Source of the DNA: Gemmatimonadaceae bacterium | Lineage (GTDB): Bacteria > Gemmatimonadota > Gemmatimonadetes > Gemmatimonadales > Gemmatimonadaceae | NCBI GenBank assembly: GCA_045803545.1 | Contig: JBJMOW010000005.1 | Location: 1,088,001-1,152,000, forward strand | Direction of reading: 5' to 3' | Length of the DNA: 64,000 nucleotides | Part shown: positions 47,155-55,747 of the stretch, piece after piece | Layout of the letters: the number at the start of each line of letters is the position of its first letter | Position numbering within the stretch: position 1 is the stretch's first letter | The notes under the pieces: model-generated | The model's database searches: none | Told to the model about the DNA's origin: nothing | Seen by the model: the letters and a program-made list of their open reading frames with translations, nothing else | Made by a program: the position numbers and the translations under genes

Positions 47155-47705
47155 TGGCAAAGGAAGTGGCGAGTCCGTTCGAGCTCGGTGCGATGCCGGT
47201 CGGTCGCCGGCGGATGGAAACGGTTGACGAGCAGCTAGTGCGAGCGCCCCTCAACACAATGTTCGATCTCGCAAAAAGAGTTGAGGCATGGCCAGAGCAT
47301 CTTTCACACTATCGCTTCGTTCGCTTTCGGGAGGACCGCTCCGACGGCGGGGGAATCGTAGAAATGTCAGCCAATCGCCCTTTTGCGATTCCCTTTACGC
47401 GTTTGAGGCTGAACTGGCCCACCTGGTGGCTCTCGGAGATGGCTGTGAACGAGCGCGCGCCGTCGATTCGGTTTCGCCACATCGCTGGTATAACGAAAGG
47501 CATGGATGTCGAATGGAGCTTCACCCCGACGCCGGGGGGAACTCACGTACGAATCGTGCACTTATGGAATGGACCAGCCGTTCCTGTGGTTGGTATATGG
47601 GCAGCAGTGTTCGTGATCGGGCCAATCTTCATTCATGGCATCGCGTCGCGAACGCTGGCGGGATTGGCGAGAGTCGCCGAAAGCCGCCAGAATCAACAGT
47701 GGTGA
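47154..47705 (+). CDS. SRPBCC / polyketide cyclase-dehydratase family protein
   Basis: APLNTMFDLAKRVEAWPEHLSHYR, GMDVEWSF, HVRIVH. Confidence 0.82.
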   Translation: MAKEVASPFELGAMPVGRRRMETVDEQLVRAPLNTMFDLAKRVEAWPEHLSHYRFVRFREDRSDGGGIVEMSANRPFAIPFTRLRLNWPTWWLSEMAVNERAPSIRFRHIAGITKGMDVEWSFTPTPGGTHVRIVHLWNGPAVPVVGIWAAVFVIGPIFIHGIASRTLAGLARVAESRQNQQW

Positions 47706-47717
47706 TCTGAGGTACAC

Positions 47718-48959
47718 GTGGAAAAGCGCAGAGTTGTGATAACGGGAGTCGGTCCGATCACCCCGATCGGCACCACTCGTGATTGTTTCTGGGAAGGACT
47801 GCAGCGCCAACGGTCCGCGGTTCGATCGATCAGTCGCTTCGATCCCTCTCCGTTCCGCAGTCACAACGCGGCCGAAATCAACGACTTCGTGCCGACCGAT
47901 CATCTCGAAGCCAAGCGGGCAAAGCGGCTCGACCGCTTTGCGCAGTTCTCGGTCGTCGGGGCCCAAATGGCGTTGGCAGACGCGGACCTCGATCTGACGA
48001 AGGAAGATCGCGAGCGCGTAGGCGCCAACATGGGAACTGCGCTCGGCGGCGTCAGCTACGCCGAGGGACAGCTGGCGAACTACATGACGCAGGGATTGCG
48101 CGGAGTCGATGCCACGCTTGCACTGGCTGTCTTCGGCGGCGCCGCCAGCTGTAACATCGCGATCGAGCTCGGGGCGATGGGACCGAATTCGACGAATGCA
48201 ATGAGCTGTGCGTCGGGCACGATTGCGATCGGGGATGCATTCAGACAAATCCGTGACGATTACGCGGACATCATGATCGCCGGCGGATCAGAAGCACCGC
48301 TGGCACCGCTCACATTCGGCGCGTTTGCGCTGATTCGCGCGATGTCGACGCGCAACGAGGATCCCGAGAAGGCATCGCGTCCGTTCGACAAGGACCGCGA
48401 TGGCTTCGTGATGGGAGAAGGCGCGGCTGTGATGATCCTCGAGGAGTATGAGCGCGCAAAGGCCCGTGGCGCTCCGATATACGCCGAGGTGTTGGGCTAC
48501 GGGACGTCAAACGACGCTTATCACATGACAGCTCCGCGTCCGGATGGCTCACAGGCAGCGCGCTCAATGCGTCTCGCGCTCAAGGACGCGGAACTGTCTC
48601 CCGGCGAGATTGACTACGTGAATACTCACGGCAGCTCGACACCGCTCAATGACTCCACGGAAACGTCGGCGATCAAACAAGTACTGGGCGATCGGGCGTA
48701 TCAAATTCCGCTCAGCGGGACCAAAGGTTACTACGGCCACGCACTCGGCGCTTCCGGCGCGATCGAGACGGCAATTTGCGCGCTCGCGATCGAGCGTGAA
48801 TGGCTGCCGCCCACGGTGAACCTCCAGGTTGCGGACGAAGCCTGCGATCTTAATTTTCTGCCGGGAACAGGGCGGAAGCAGAGAGTTGAGCACGTGCTCA
48901 CCAACTCTTTCGGCTTCGGGGGAATCAACGCCGCGCTGGTTTTGCGTCGAGTGATTTGA
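47718..48959 (+). CDS. Beta-ketoacyl synthase (FabF/KS-alpha-like)
   Basis: RVVITGVG; catalytic Cys (SCASG), His (HGSST) and His (GHALGA); FDKDRDGFVMGEGA; NSFGFGG. Confidence 0.92.
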   Translation: MEKRRVVITGVGPITPIGTTRDCFWEGLQRQRSAVRSISRFDPSPFRSHNAAEINDFVPTDHLEAKRAKRLDRFAQFSVVGAQMALADADLDLTKEDRERVGANMGTALGGVSYAEGQLANYMTQGLRGVDATLALAVFGGAASCNIAIELGAMGPNSTNAMSCASGTIAIGDAFRQIRDDYADIMIAGGSEAPLAPLTFGAFALIRAMSTRNEDPEKASRPFDKDRDGFVMGEGAAVMILEEYERAKARGAPIYAEVLGYGTSNDAYHMTAPRPDGSQAARSMRLALKDAELSPGEIDYVNTHGSSTPLNDSTETSAIKQVLGDRAYQIPLSGTKGYYGHALGASGAIETAICALAIEREWLPPTVNLQVADEACDLNFLPGTGRKQRVEHVLTNSFGFGGINAALVLRRVI

Positions 48960-49004
48960 GTTGAGCGCGCCCGATTCCCGTTCACTTTTTTCAGAGGACG
49001 GGTA

Positions 49005-49709
49005 ATGCGCGACTCCTGGCGCCACTTTCTAGCAGAGTTCATCGGCACCTTTGCTCTCGTTTTTGTCGGGAGCGGCGCGATCATGGCGACGCGCATCAGC
49101 CAGAGCAGTGCCGCGCTCGTCGAGGTGGCCCTGGCACACGGATTGGTGCTCGGGGTGTTCGTCAGTGCGCTGATGCGCATCTCCGGCCACTTCAATCCAG
49201 CGGTGACGCTTGGCATGTTGGCCGCCCGCCGCATCGAGGTGATGATGGCGGCACTCTATATCGTGGCGCAGGTGCTGGGCGCAGTGATAGCCGGCTACGC
49301 GCTCAAGGCGAGCTTTCCTGACGCTGTCTTCGTCGCCACTCGGGGCGGCGGGCAGACCGTCGCGCTCGACATCACGGGCGGTCAGGCATTTCTGCTGGAA
49401 GCAATCGCGACGTTCTTTCTGGTCTTCGTAGTTTTCGGAACCGCGGTTGATTTGCGCGGGCCGAAGATAGGCGGCCTGGCCATCGGATTCACGGTCGCGG
49501 CCGATATTCTTGCGATCGGGCCGCTGACCGGCGCGTCGATGAATCCGGCGCGGTCATTTGGACCAGCGGTGGCGAGCGGAGTCTACGAAGCGCAGCTCCT
49601 ATACTGGGTAGCACCGATCCTGGGCGGAGTCATCGCCGCGCTTCTCTACGAGTATTTGTTTATGAGGAGAGGGCGCGAGCCGGTGGATCATGGGGAGCTC
49701 AAGCCCTAG
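49005..49709 (+). CDS. MIP/aquaporin family channel
   Basis: AEFIGT, SGHFNPAVT, GASMNPARSFGP. Confidence 0.95.
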   Translation: MRDSWRHFLAEFIGTFALVFVGSGAIMATRISQSSAALVEVALAHGLVLGVFVSALMRISGHFNPAVTLGMLAARRIEVMMAALYIVAQVLGAVIAGYALKASFPDAVFVATRGGGQTVALDITGGQAFLLEAIATFFLVFVVFGTAVDLRGPKIGGLAIGFTVAADILAIGPLTGASMNPARSFGPAVASGVYEAQLLYWVAPILGGVIAALLYEYLFMRRGREPVDHGELKP

Positions 49710-49712
49710 TAG

Positions 49713-49840
49713 GGCTGCGGGAGGAGAGCTAACTGATCGATGCGAGCTGCGGGCTAGTTGCGAGATGAGAGCTAGCTGCGAGATGAGAGCTAGCTGCGAG
49801 ATGAGAACTAGCTGCGAGATGAAAGCTAACTGCGAGGTGG
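49713..49840 (+). repeat. Left arm: tandem 18-bp units (TGCGAGATGAGAGCTAGC consensus)
   Basis: Units start at 49741, 49759, 49777, 49795, 49813 and 49831; first 62 bp match the reverse complement of 50348-50409 with one mismatch. Confidence 0.9.
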
Positions 49841-49872
49841 GAGGAAACGTGTCCACCAAGCTTGCAAAGTAC

Positions 49873-49900
49873 TTGACGTTATAAAGTCAGCTTATAGCTT
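49873..49900 (+). promoter_or_regulatory. Putative sigma70 promoter with overlapping palindromic operator
   Basis: TTGACG-N16-TAGCTT; dyad TGAC-G-TTATAA-A-GTCA at 49874-49889. Confidence 0.55.
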
Positions 49901-49927
49901 TCAGACGCTGACCTAAACGGAGCCGGT

Positions 49928-50314
49928 ATGCTGAAAGCACTTTTGAACGTTGCGTCGTTCGCGAACTGCGCAGGCGGGTTGGTTTTGATTGTTACCTGGG
50001 CGGCCATGTGGCAGCGCGTCCCAGTCATAGTGCTTTTCATCGGTGCGTCGCTGCTGATTCAGGGAGCGTACACCATTCTTTACCTGCAAGGTGGCCTCAG
50101 TCGCTGGGGCGACCTCGCTACTGGAGCCTTCTTCGCCGGTGAGGGCCTTGCAGGTTTTGTCGGTCTCGGCGGATTGATCGCAGGGATCATCCACAACATC
50201 GAACACGCCGACATGGAAATGGCGCCGGTCCTCGCCGGATTGCTGATGGCGACGCATGCGCTTCTGGCGCTGTTCTACCTCATCGCCAACCAAAAGCTGC
50301 TGGCACGCACCTAG
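49928..50314 (+). CDS. Small four-TM membrane protein of unknown function
   Basis: GGAG RBS; 128 aa, four hydrophobic segments. Confidence 0.75.
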   Translation: MLKALLNVASFANCAGGLVLIVTWAAMWQRVPVIVLFIGASLLIQGAYTILYLQGGLSRWGDLATGAFFAGEGLAGFVGLGGLIAGIIHNIEHADMEMAPVLAGLLMATHALLALFYLIANQKLLART

Positions 50315-50409
50315 CTCGCACCTCGCAGTTAGCTCGCACCTCGCAGTTAGCTCTCATCTCGCAACTAGCCCGCAGCTCGCACCGATCAGTTAGCTCTCCT
50401 CCCGCAGCC
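50310..50409 (-). repeat. Right arm: inverted copy of the 18-bp unit array
   Basis: CTCGCA units end at 50327, 50345, 50363 and 50381; reverse complement of the left arm. Confidence 0.9.
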
Positions 50410-50772
50410 TTACTCGGTGGGCAGTCCTTTCCCTGTCCACTCGCGCCAACCCCCGGCCATCGAAGCGACGTTGGAGTAGCCCATTTTCTGAAGGTTGTCG
50501 GCGGACAGGGTTGATCTGAATCCGCCGCCACAATACAGAATCAGCTGGGCGTTCTTATCGGGAATCTTCTGTTCGATGTCGCGCTCGAGGACACCGCGGC
50601 CCATGTACTCCGCTCCCTTGATGTGACCGGCTGCCCACTCGCTCTCCTCCCGCACGTCAATGACATGTGCGCGGCCTTTCTCGAGCTCTCGACGAGCTTC
50701 CTCGACACCAATCTCGCGCACGCGAGACTTCGCTTCGTCTACCAGCTTGAGAAACGCTGGAGAATGCTTCAC
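50410..50772 (-). CDS. Rhodanese-like sulfurtransferase
   Basis: IDVREESEWAAGHIKGA, LYCGGGFRS, SMAGGWREW; GTG start overlapping the upstream stop. Confidence 0.92.
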   Translation of the reverse strand: MKHSPAFLKLVDEAKSRVREIGVEEARRELEKGRAHVIDVREESEWAAGHIKGAEYMGRGVLERDIEQKIPDKNAQLILYCGGGFRSTLSADNLQKMGYSNVASMAGGWREWTGKGLPTE

Positions 50773-51086
50773 AATCCGGCTGGTACCCGCTTGCCGGTCA
50801 ATTGCCGGAGGCCGAGATGTGCGCTGCGGCGCGCCACCAGCTCGGCCGTTGCGACAGCAGCCGCAGAGAGTGCGGTCCAGGCGAGCGCGGTTGGCCAGCT
50901 CTCGTCGGTGCGCCACGGTTTCTCGGGTGGGTCCTCGCCTTTCCACGCGCGCCAGCCGCTGTCGAGTCCACGCTCCACCAGTCTGCCGGCGACCATCGCC
51001 GCACCAGCGCCGACCAGCAACCAGGTCGCGCGGCGCGGATTGATTTTCTTTTGATTGATTGTCTTTTTCACGTCAGCTGCCCTCAT
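50769..51086 (-). CDS. DUF4235-like small protein
   Basis: WRAWKGEDPP, WPTALAWTALS pattern. Confidence 0.65.
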   Translation of the reverse strand: MRAADVKKTINQKKINPRRATWLLVGAGAAMVAGRLVERGLDSGWRAWKGEDPPEKPWRTDESWPTALAWTALSAAAVATAELVARRSAHLGLRQLTGKRVPAGL

Positions 51087-51135
51087 GTTTGAGCTAACGA
51101 GAGAGGCAAGCTTGAGGCCGAGCCAGCGGTGCGAC

Positions 51136-51681
51136 TTACCAGCCTTCGCGTTTCCTCAGGGCAGTGATGTGCGCGACGTGATGACGTCCGTGCCAGGCAT
51201 AGAGACCGAGCATCTGCTCGAGGGTCAAAACGCGACCCTGCTCCGGATGACGCAAGCCACGTCGAAAATCAGAGGACTCCATCGAACGAAGCAGCGCGAC
51301 CCAGCGAAGGTGCAGCGCATCGAGCAAATCGAGCGAGACTTCGATCGGAACTCGTCGGCTGTCAGCGAGCTCCGCCCATGCGGCTTCGTTGTAGGTCTTT
51401 ATCGTCGGCTCGTCTTCGGTGAGCGCGAGCTTGAATCGACAGTACGCATTCATGTGGCTGTCGGGGACGTGATGCGCCACTTGCTTCACGGTCCAGCCAC
51501 CTTGTCGATATGGAGTCTCCAGCTGGTCCCTCGACAATCCGGCAACCGCGTTCCGAAGATTGCCTGGCGTTTCAGCGATGATTGCAATCAGCTGAGGCCG
51601 CTCGGACTCGGAAATCGGTGTATCGAAACTGAACTTGCCGACGGGAAAACGAAGATCCGTCTCTTGTGCGGTGGTTGCCAT
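51136..51681 (-). CDS. YfiT/DinB-family metal-dependent (thiol transferase-like) protein
   Basis: DLRFPVG, TPYRQGGWTVKQVAHHVPDSH, YAWHGRHHVAHI. Confidence 0.9.
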   Translation of the reverse strand: MATTAQETDLRFPVGKFSFDTPISESERPQLIAIIAETPGNLRNAVAGLSRDQLETPYRQGGWTVKQVAHHVPDSHMNAYCRFKLALTEDEPTIKTYNEAAWAELADSRRVPIEVSLDLLDALHLRWVALLRSMESSDFRRGLRHPEQGRVLTLEQMLGLYAWHGRHHVAHITALRKREGW

Positions 51682-51698
51682 TGGAGTGCGCGAAAGAG

Positions 51699-52418
51699 TT
51701 AAGCGATGCGCTGCGGCAGATGCACTGCCACAGCGGAACCTTCGGCAACGAACGCCGAAGCAGGCGCTCCAGAGAGTATACTCGAAAACGGCCCTTGGAA
51801 GAAATCCCCGAGCGGACCGTCGAGCTCCCAACGCGCATCTCGCCACACGTTCCATCGCGGATGGTCGACCGCGTACTCGATGGTGCCGCCGTCGCGCTGC
51901 CTGGTGAAGCCCCACGCGCGCTCCGCTATGAACTCCTCGTGGGATCCGGCCGGTAGCGCCACCGGCCGCCCGTCAGGGTGAAGACTGAGGCGGCACACGC
52001 GATCCGAAGGGCCAAACAAATACTCGACGCTCTGCAGCGCGTCGGCGCTGCGCACGAGGGTGTGTTGGGTTGGCGTAGTCGTGTACGGCTCGTTGTAAGT
52101 CAGCTTCGCCGTCTCGGCGACCAGCGGTCGTGACACGATTTCGCGAATGAATACGACGCCCCGTCTCGACTCCTCCGCCAGCTCTCGGCGAACGTAGAAG
52201 CGCAGATTCACTTCCTCGAAACTGTCGTGGAAGAACGCCGGAAAACCGAAGATGTGGGTATCGAGAAAGAGGAATCCGACGAGACTGATGTAGTGTCGGC
52301 CACCTTCGTCATCGAGCAGTGTCCCCTTGGGCACTAGCGGCGCCAGAACAGCCGGATCGACTTCGAAGTTGAGCATCGCCAGGTAACGCCACTGAGCCTT
52401 TAGAAATGGTCTGCTCAT
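51699..52418 (-). CDS. DUF2071 (YqjF-like) protein
   Basis: FLKAQWRYLAMLNF, FEEVNLRFYV, GVVFIRE, YAVDHPRW. Confidence 0.85.
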   Translation of the reverse strand: MSRPFLKAQWRYLAMLNFEVDPAVLAPLVPKGTLLDDEGGRHYISLVGFLFLDTHIFGFPAFFHDSFEEVNLRFYVRRELAEESRRGVVFIREIVSRPLVAETAKLTYNEPYTTTPTQHTLVRSADALQSVEYLFGPSDRVCRLSLHPDGRPVALPAGSHEEFIAERAWGFTRQRDGGTIEYAVDHPRWNVWRDARWELDGPLGDFFQGPFSSILSGAPASAFVAEGSAVAVHLPQRIA

Positions 52419-52456
52419 ATCGCTGCTGAATTCCTACTCGAAAAAAAGGTGCGGAC

Positions 52457-53038
52457 CTATCCGCACCCTTCCACCCATTGAACCTCTGGCAGCTCTCCCG
52501 CTCGATACCGCGTCACCTTCCTGCCGTCAGACTCAAAGACTATCGCCTTTCCTGCGCTAGCGCTGTCACCGAGTACAGTCATGTAGTGCCAGCCTTGATT
52601 GTACTTGTGCGGCGTGATCTTTACATCGTCGCCGTAGATGTTCTTGATCCGGTCCTCGGTGTCACCGATCTTCGCGCCATCGTCAGTAGTTACCGCACCG
52701 GTGTCGACGTCGATGCGCACGACTTTGCCTTTCACGACCATGATGCCAACGTTCTCAGGCACACCCGCCCCGACCGCCGGATACACGTAATCACATTGGC
52801 TGTTCATGTTCGGATTGCGGTTGAGCAATCCCATGTTGACGGCGTCGTCGAGGGTCATGCCGATCTGAATCTGGCCGAACCCGTCCTCGTTGACGGTGAC
52901 GTCGCTGAGAGTGTCGTGTGCCGCGGCGGGGCCGTTCTTGCCCGATGTCTGATCGTTGCCTTTGCACCCGTACGCCAACGCAGCGACTCCAATCATCGCC
53001 GCAAATCCGAGCAGTTTCGACCCAGCTCGATTCAACAT
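52457..53038 (-). CDS. Hypothetical lipoprotein
   Basis: Lipobox AYGC; GFGQIQIGMT, GAKIGDT, PHKY, VEGCG; start uncertain. Confidence 0.75.
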   Translation of the reverse strand: MLNRAGSKLLGFAAMIGVAALAYGCKGNDQTSGKNGPAAAHDTLSDVTVNEDGFGQIQIGMTLDDAVNMGLLNRNPNMNSQCDYVYPAVGAGVPENVGIMVVKGKVVRIDVDTGAVTTDDGAKIGDTEDRIKNIYGDDVKITPHKYNQGWHYMTVLGDSASAGKAIVFESDGRKVTRYRAGELPEVQWVEGCG

Positions 53039-53066
53039 CCGTGTCCGTCCGGTCCCTTTCGAGGCA

Positions 53067-53609
53067 TCACGTTCCGACCTGATGGTATCGCTCCTGATAG
53101 CGTTCGATCGATTCATGGATCACCCGCGCCGCGACTTCGCTCTTTTCCCAGCCGAGTATCTCGACGCGCCTGCCTTCCAGATCCTTGTAGATATGAAAGA
53201 AATGCTCCACCTCCCTCAAATAATGCTGAGAAAGGTCGGCGATGTCGAAGAATTCGTGGTAATACGGGTCGTGACACGGCACCGCCAGAATCTTGTCGTC
53301 GGGCTGGCCGCGATCGAGCATTTTCAGCACGCCGAGCGGACGGCAGTCGATCTGGCAGCCGGGAAACGTCGGCTCGTTGACGTGAACGAGAATGTCGAGC
53401 GGGTCGCCATCCTCATGCAACGTGCGCGGAATAAATCCGTAATCTCCCGGATAGTGCACCGCTGAATAAAGCACTCGATCCAGCCGGATCATGCCACTCG
53501 TCTTATCGAGCTCATATTTGTTTCTGCTGCCGGCGGGAATCTCGATCACAGCAGTGACGTTGTCCGGCGGATGTATGCCCGCGGGCAGCTCGTGCCACAG
53601 ATTGATCAC
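53067..53609 (-). CDS. ppa: Family I inorganic pyrophosphatase
   Basis: IEIPAGSRNKYE, YPGDYGFIP, DGDPLD, DDKIL. Confidence 0.96.
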   Translation of the reverse strand: MINLWHELPAGIHPPDNVTAVIEIPAGSRNKYELDKTSGMIRLDRVLYSAVHYPGDYGFIPRTLHEDGDPLDILVHVNEPTFPGCQIDCRPLGVLKMLDRGQPDDKILAVPCHDPYYHEFFDIADLSQHYLREVEHFFHIYKDLEGRRVEILGWEKSEVAARVIHESIERYQERYHQVGT

Positions 53610-54640
53610 GCTGTGATACGCTCCATCGTTCCCTTGTAGGTCATCGGCTCTTCATCTACGCCAAAATTGCGCCCGGCGAGGTCCCCCACTCGCTCCAATT
53701 GCGGGGCCGACAGGTCCGGTTTGTCCGACGCCTCTGCGAATTCCTTCAACTGATCGAGATCGTAGATATTGGGGAGCGTCGTCACCACTCTCGGTTCGGC
53801 GAGCAGCCATTTGAGGGCAGCCTGGCCGAGTGTCATGTCGGTGGTGAGGAAATCGAGCGTGCGGATTTTCTTCAACCCGTTGGTCAGCCACGACCGCGGC
53901 CGATGCCGACGGTGATCGTTGCTCGGGAACACCGTGTTTTCGGTGTACTTGCCTTCGAGCATCCCTGACGCATGGGTAACGCGAATGTTAAAGGCGCAGG
54001 CGGGAGCGTAGCTCTTCGCCGCGTCGATCATCGCTGTGCCCGGGTGCTGCTCGAGGATGTTCCAGATCATCTGGATGGTACCAATGTCTGGCTCGCGCTC
54101 GCACAGCTCGACTGCTTCGTACAGCCAACCAATTGCGGGTCCGAACGCCGCGCCCCAGACGCCGATGATTGCTTCGTCCTTCATCTCGCGCAGTGCTTGC
54201 CATATCGACGCGTCGCGGACGTGCTCCATCTTGATATTGTGCAGCTGAAGGACGTCGATTCGATCCGTCTCCAGACGCTCGAGACATTTTTCGACGGCGA
54301 AGCGCATGTAGTCGCGATCGAACTTCTGCGGCAGCTCGTTTTGACCGCGTCGAGCATTTTCAGCTGCGGGATCATAGATGTCGTAGCCGATCTTGGTCGA
54401 ATAAACGACGTCGTCGCGCCGGCCGCGAAACGCCGTCGCCAGCTGGCGTTCGCTCCGACCGTTCCCATAGGTGTCGGCGGCGTCGAAGAAGTTGATGCCG
54501 TAGTCATCGAGCGCCGCGCGCAGCATCTCAACGGCTTCTTCGTCAGACTTTTCGCCCCACCACCCGGTGGAAATTGTCCAGGTGCCGAATCCCACTTCGC
54601 TGACGCCGATTTCGGTGCCGGGGAACTCTCTATAGCGCAT
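53606..54640 (-). CDS. Aldo/keto reductase
   Basis: SEVGFGTW, FDAADTYG, STKIG, IDVLQLHN. Confidence 0.9.
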   Translation of the reverse strand: MRYREFPGTEIGVSEVGFGTWTISTGWWGEKSDEEAVEMLRAALDDYGINFFDAADTYGNGRSERQLATAFRGRRDDVVYSTKIGYDIYDPAAENARRGQNELPQKFDRDYMRFAVEKCLERLETDRIDVLQLHNIKMEHVRDASIWQALREMKDEAIIGVWGAAFGPAIGWLYEAVELCEREPDIGTIQMIWNILEQHPGTAMIDAAKSYAPACAFNIRVTHASGMLEGKYTENTVFPSNDHRRHRPRSWLTNGLKKIRTLDFLTTDMTLGQAALKWLLAEPRVVTTLPNIYDLDQLKEFAEASDKPDLSAPQLERVGDLAGRNFGVDEEPMTYKGTMERITA

Positions 54641-54767
54641 GGCCTGAAGTTAATCTCAAGGAAAGATTTCGGCCCGATCAGGTGCCCCCTGCTTCCAACC
54701 TTAGCTCGGCGCTAAATGGCTCCCAAAGCTGGTAGCTCCCGGCTTTAGTTCTGTGGACGGCGGCTAC

Positions 54768-55745
54768 TTACACAGATCCCAGCACTGCAGCCTCAGTAGC
54801 GAAGTACGTCACAATGAAATCCGCCCCCGCTCGCCGAATCCCGAGTAATGATTCCATCATTACACGCTCCTTTTCGATCCAGCCACGCTCGGCGGCCGCG
54901 CAGATCATCGCGTATTCGCCGCTCACCTGATACGCGGCGACCGGATAGCCCGTTTCGGCTTTGACTCGCGACACGATGTCGAGGTACGGCCCAGCGGGCT
55001 TTACCATCACAGCATCGGCACCTTCTTCGATGTCCGCGCGCACTTCGCGCATCGCTTCCTCGACATTGCCAGGATCCATCTGATAGCCACGTCGATCGCC
55101 AGACTTCGGCGCTGATTCGGCGGCTTCGCGGAACGGGCCGTAATACCCCGACGCGTATTTCGCCGCATAGGTGAGAATGGCGACGTTGGTGAAATCCTGC
55201 TCGTCGAGGGCCGTTCTGATTGCACCCACTCTGCCATCCATCATGTCACTCGGCGCGACGATGTCCGCACCAGCGCAGGCGTGGGAGAGCGCAGCCCGCG
55301 AGAGCAGCTCGAGAGTCGCGTCGTTATCCACTTCTCCGTTGCGCAGCACTCCGCAGTGCCCGTGATCAGTGTACTCGCACATGCAGACATCGGTGATCGT
55401 GACAAGCTGAGGGAATTCCTTCTTCAGCGCTCGAACACCCAATTGCACCGCGCCTTTGTCGTCCCACGCCGATGTCCCGGTCGCGTCCTTGGTGTCTGGT
55501 ACGCCGAACAGAATTATCCCGCCGACTCCGGCTTTCGCCGCCGCCTCCGCGTCGCGCAGCATCTCGTCGACTGAGGTCTGGCTGACGCCGGGCATCGCAT
55601 CGACCGCTCGACGGACCTTGTTCCCATTGCGAACGAAAACGGGCAGCACCAGCTGCGACGGTGCGAGGTGGGTCTCGCGCACCAGATTGCGTAATGCAGG
55701 GGTGCGGCGCAAACGGCGGGGACGGTACTGCGGAAAGCGAGACAA
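54768..55745 (-). CDS. hemB: Porphobilinogen synthase (Zn-type)
   Basis: RPRRLRR, DVCMCEYTDHGHCG, APSDMMDG, YGPFREAA, MVKPA, AYQVSGEY. Confidence 0.96.
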   Translation of the reverse strand: MSRFPQYRPRRLRRTPALRNLVRETHLAPSQLVLPVFVRNGNKVRRAVDAMPGVSQTSVDEMLRDAEAAAKAGVGGIILFGVPDTKDATGTSAWDDKGAVQLGVRALKKEFPQLVTITDVCMCEYTDHGHCGVLRNGEVDNDATLELLSRAALSHACAGADIVAPSDMMDGRVGAIRTALDEQDFTNVAILTYAAKYASGYYGPFREAAESAPKSGDRRGYQMDPGNVEEAMREVRADIEEGADAVMVKPAGPYLDIVSRVKAETGYPVAAYQVSGEYAMICAAAERGWIEKERVMMESLLGIRRAGADFIVTYFATEAAVLGSV

Positions 55746-55747
55746 GA

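Noticed and set aside
47154..48959. Canonical type II PKS
   Set aside because: No chain-length factor or ACP in the cluster
49690..49884. ORFs with CEMRAS / SQLALI repeats (also 49599-49859 and 50280-50531)
   Set aside because: Translation artefacts of the 18-bp DNA repeat; they overlap real genes and lack RBS support
49713..50409. CRISPR array
   Set aside because: Units are contiguous 18-bp tandem repeats without unique spacers, and there are no cas genes
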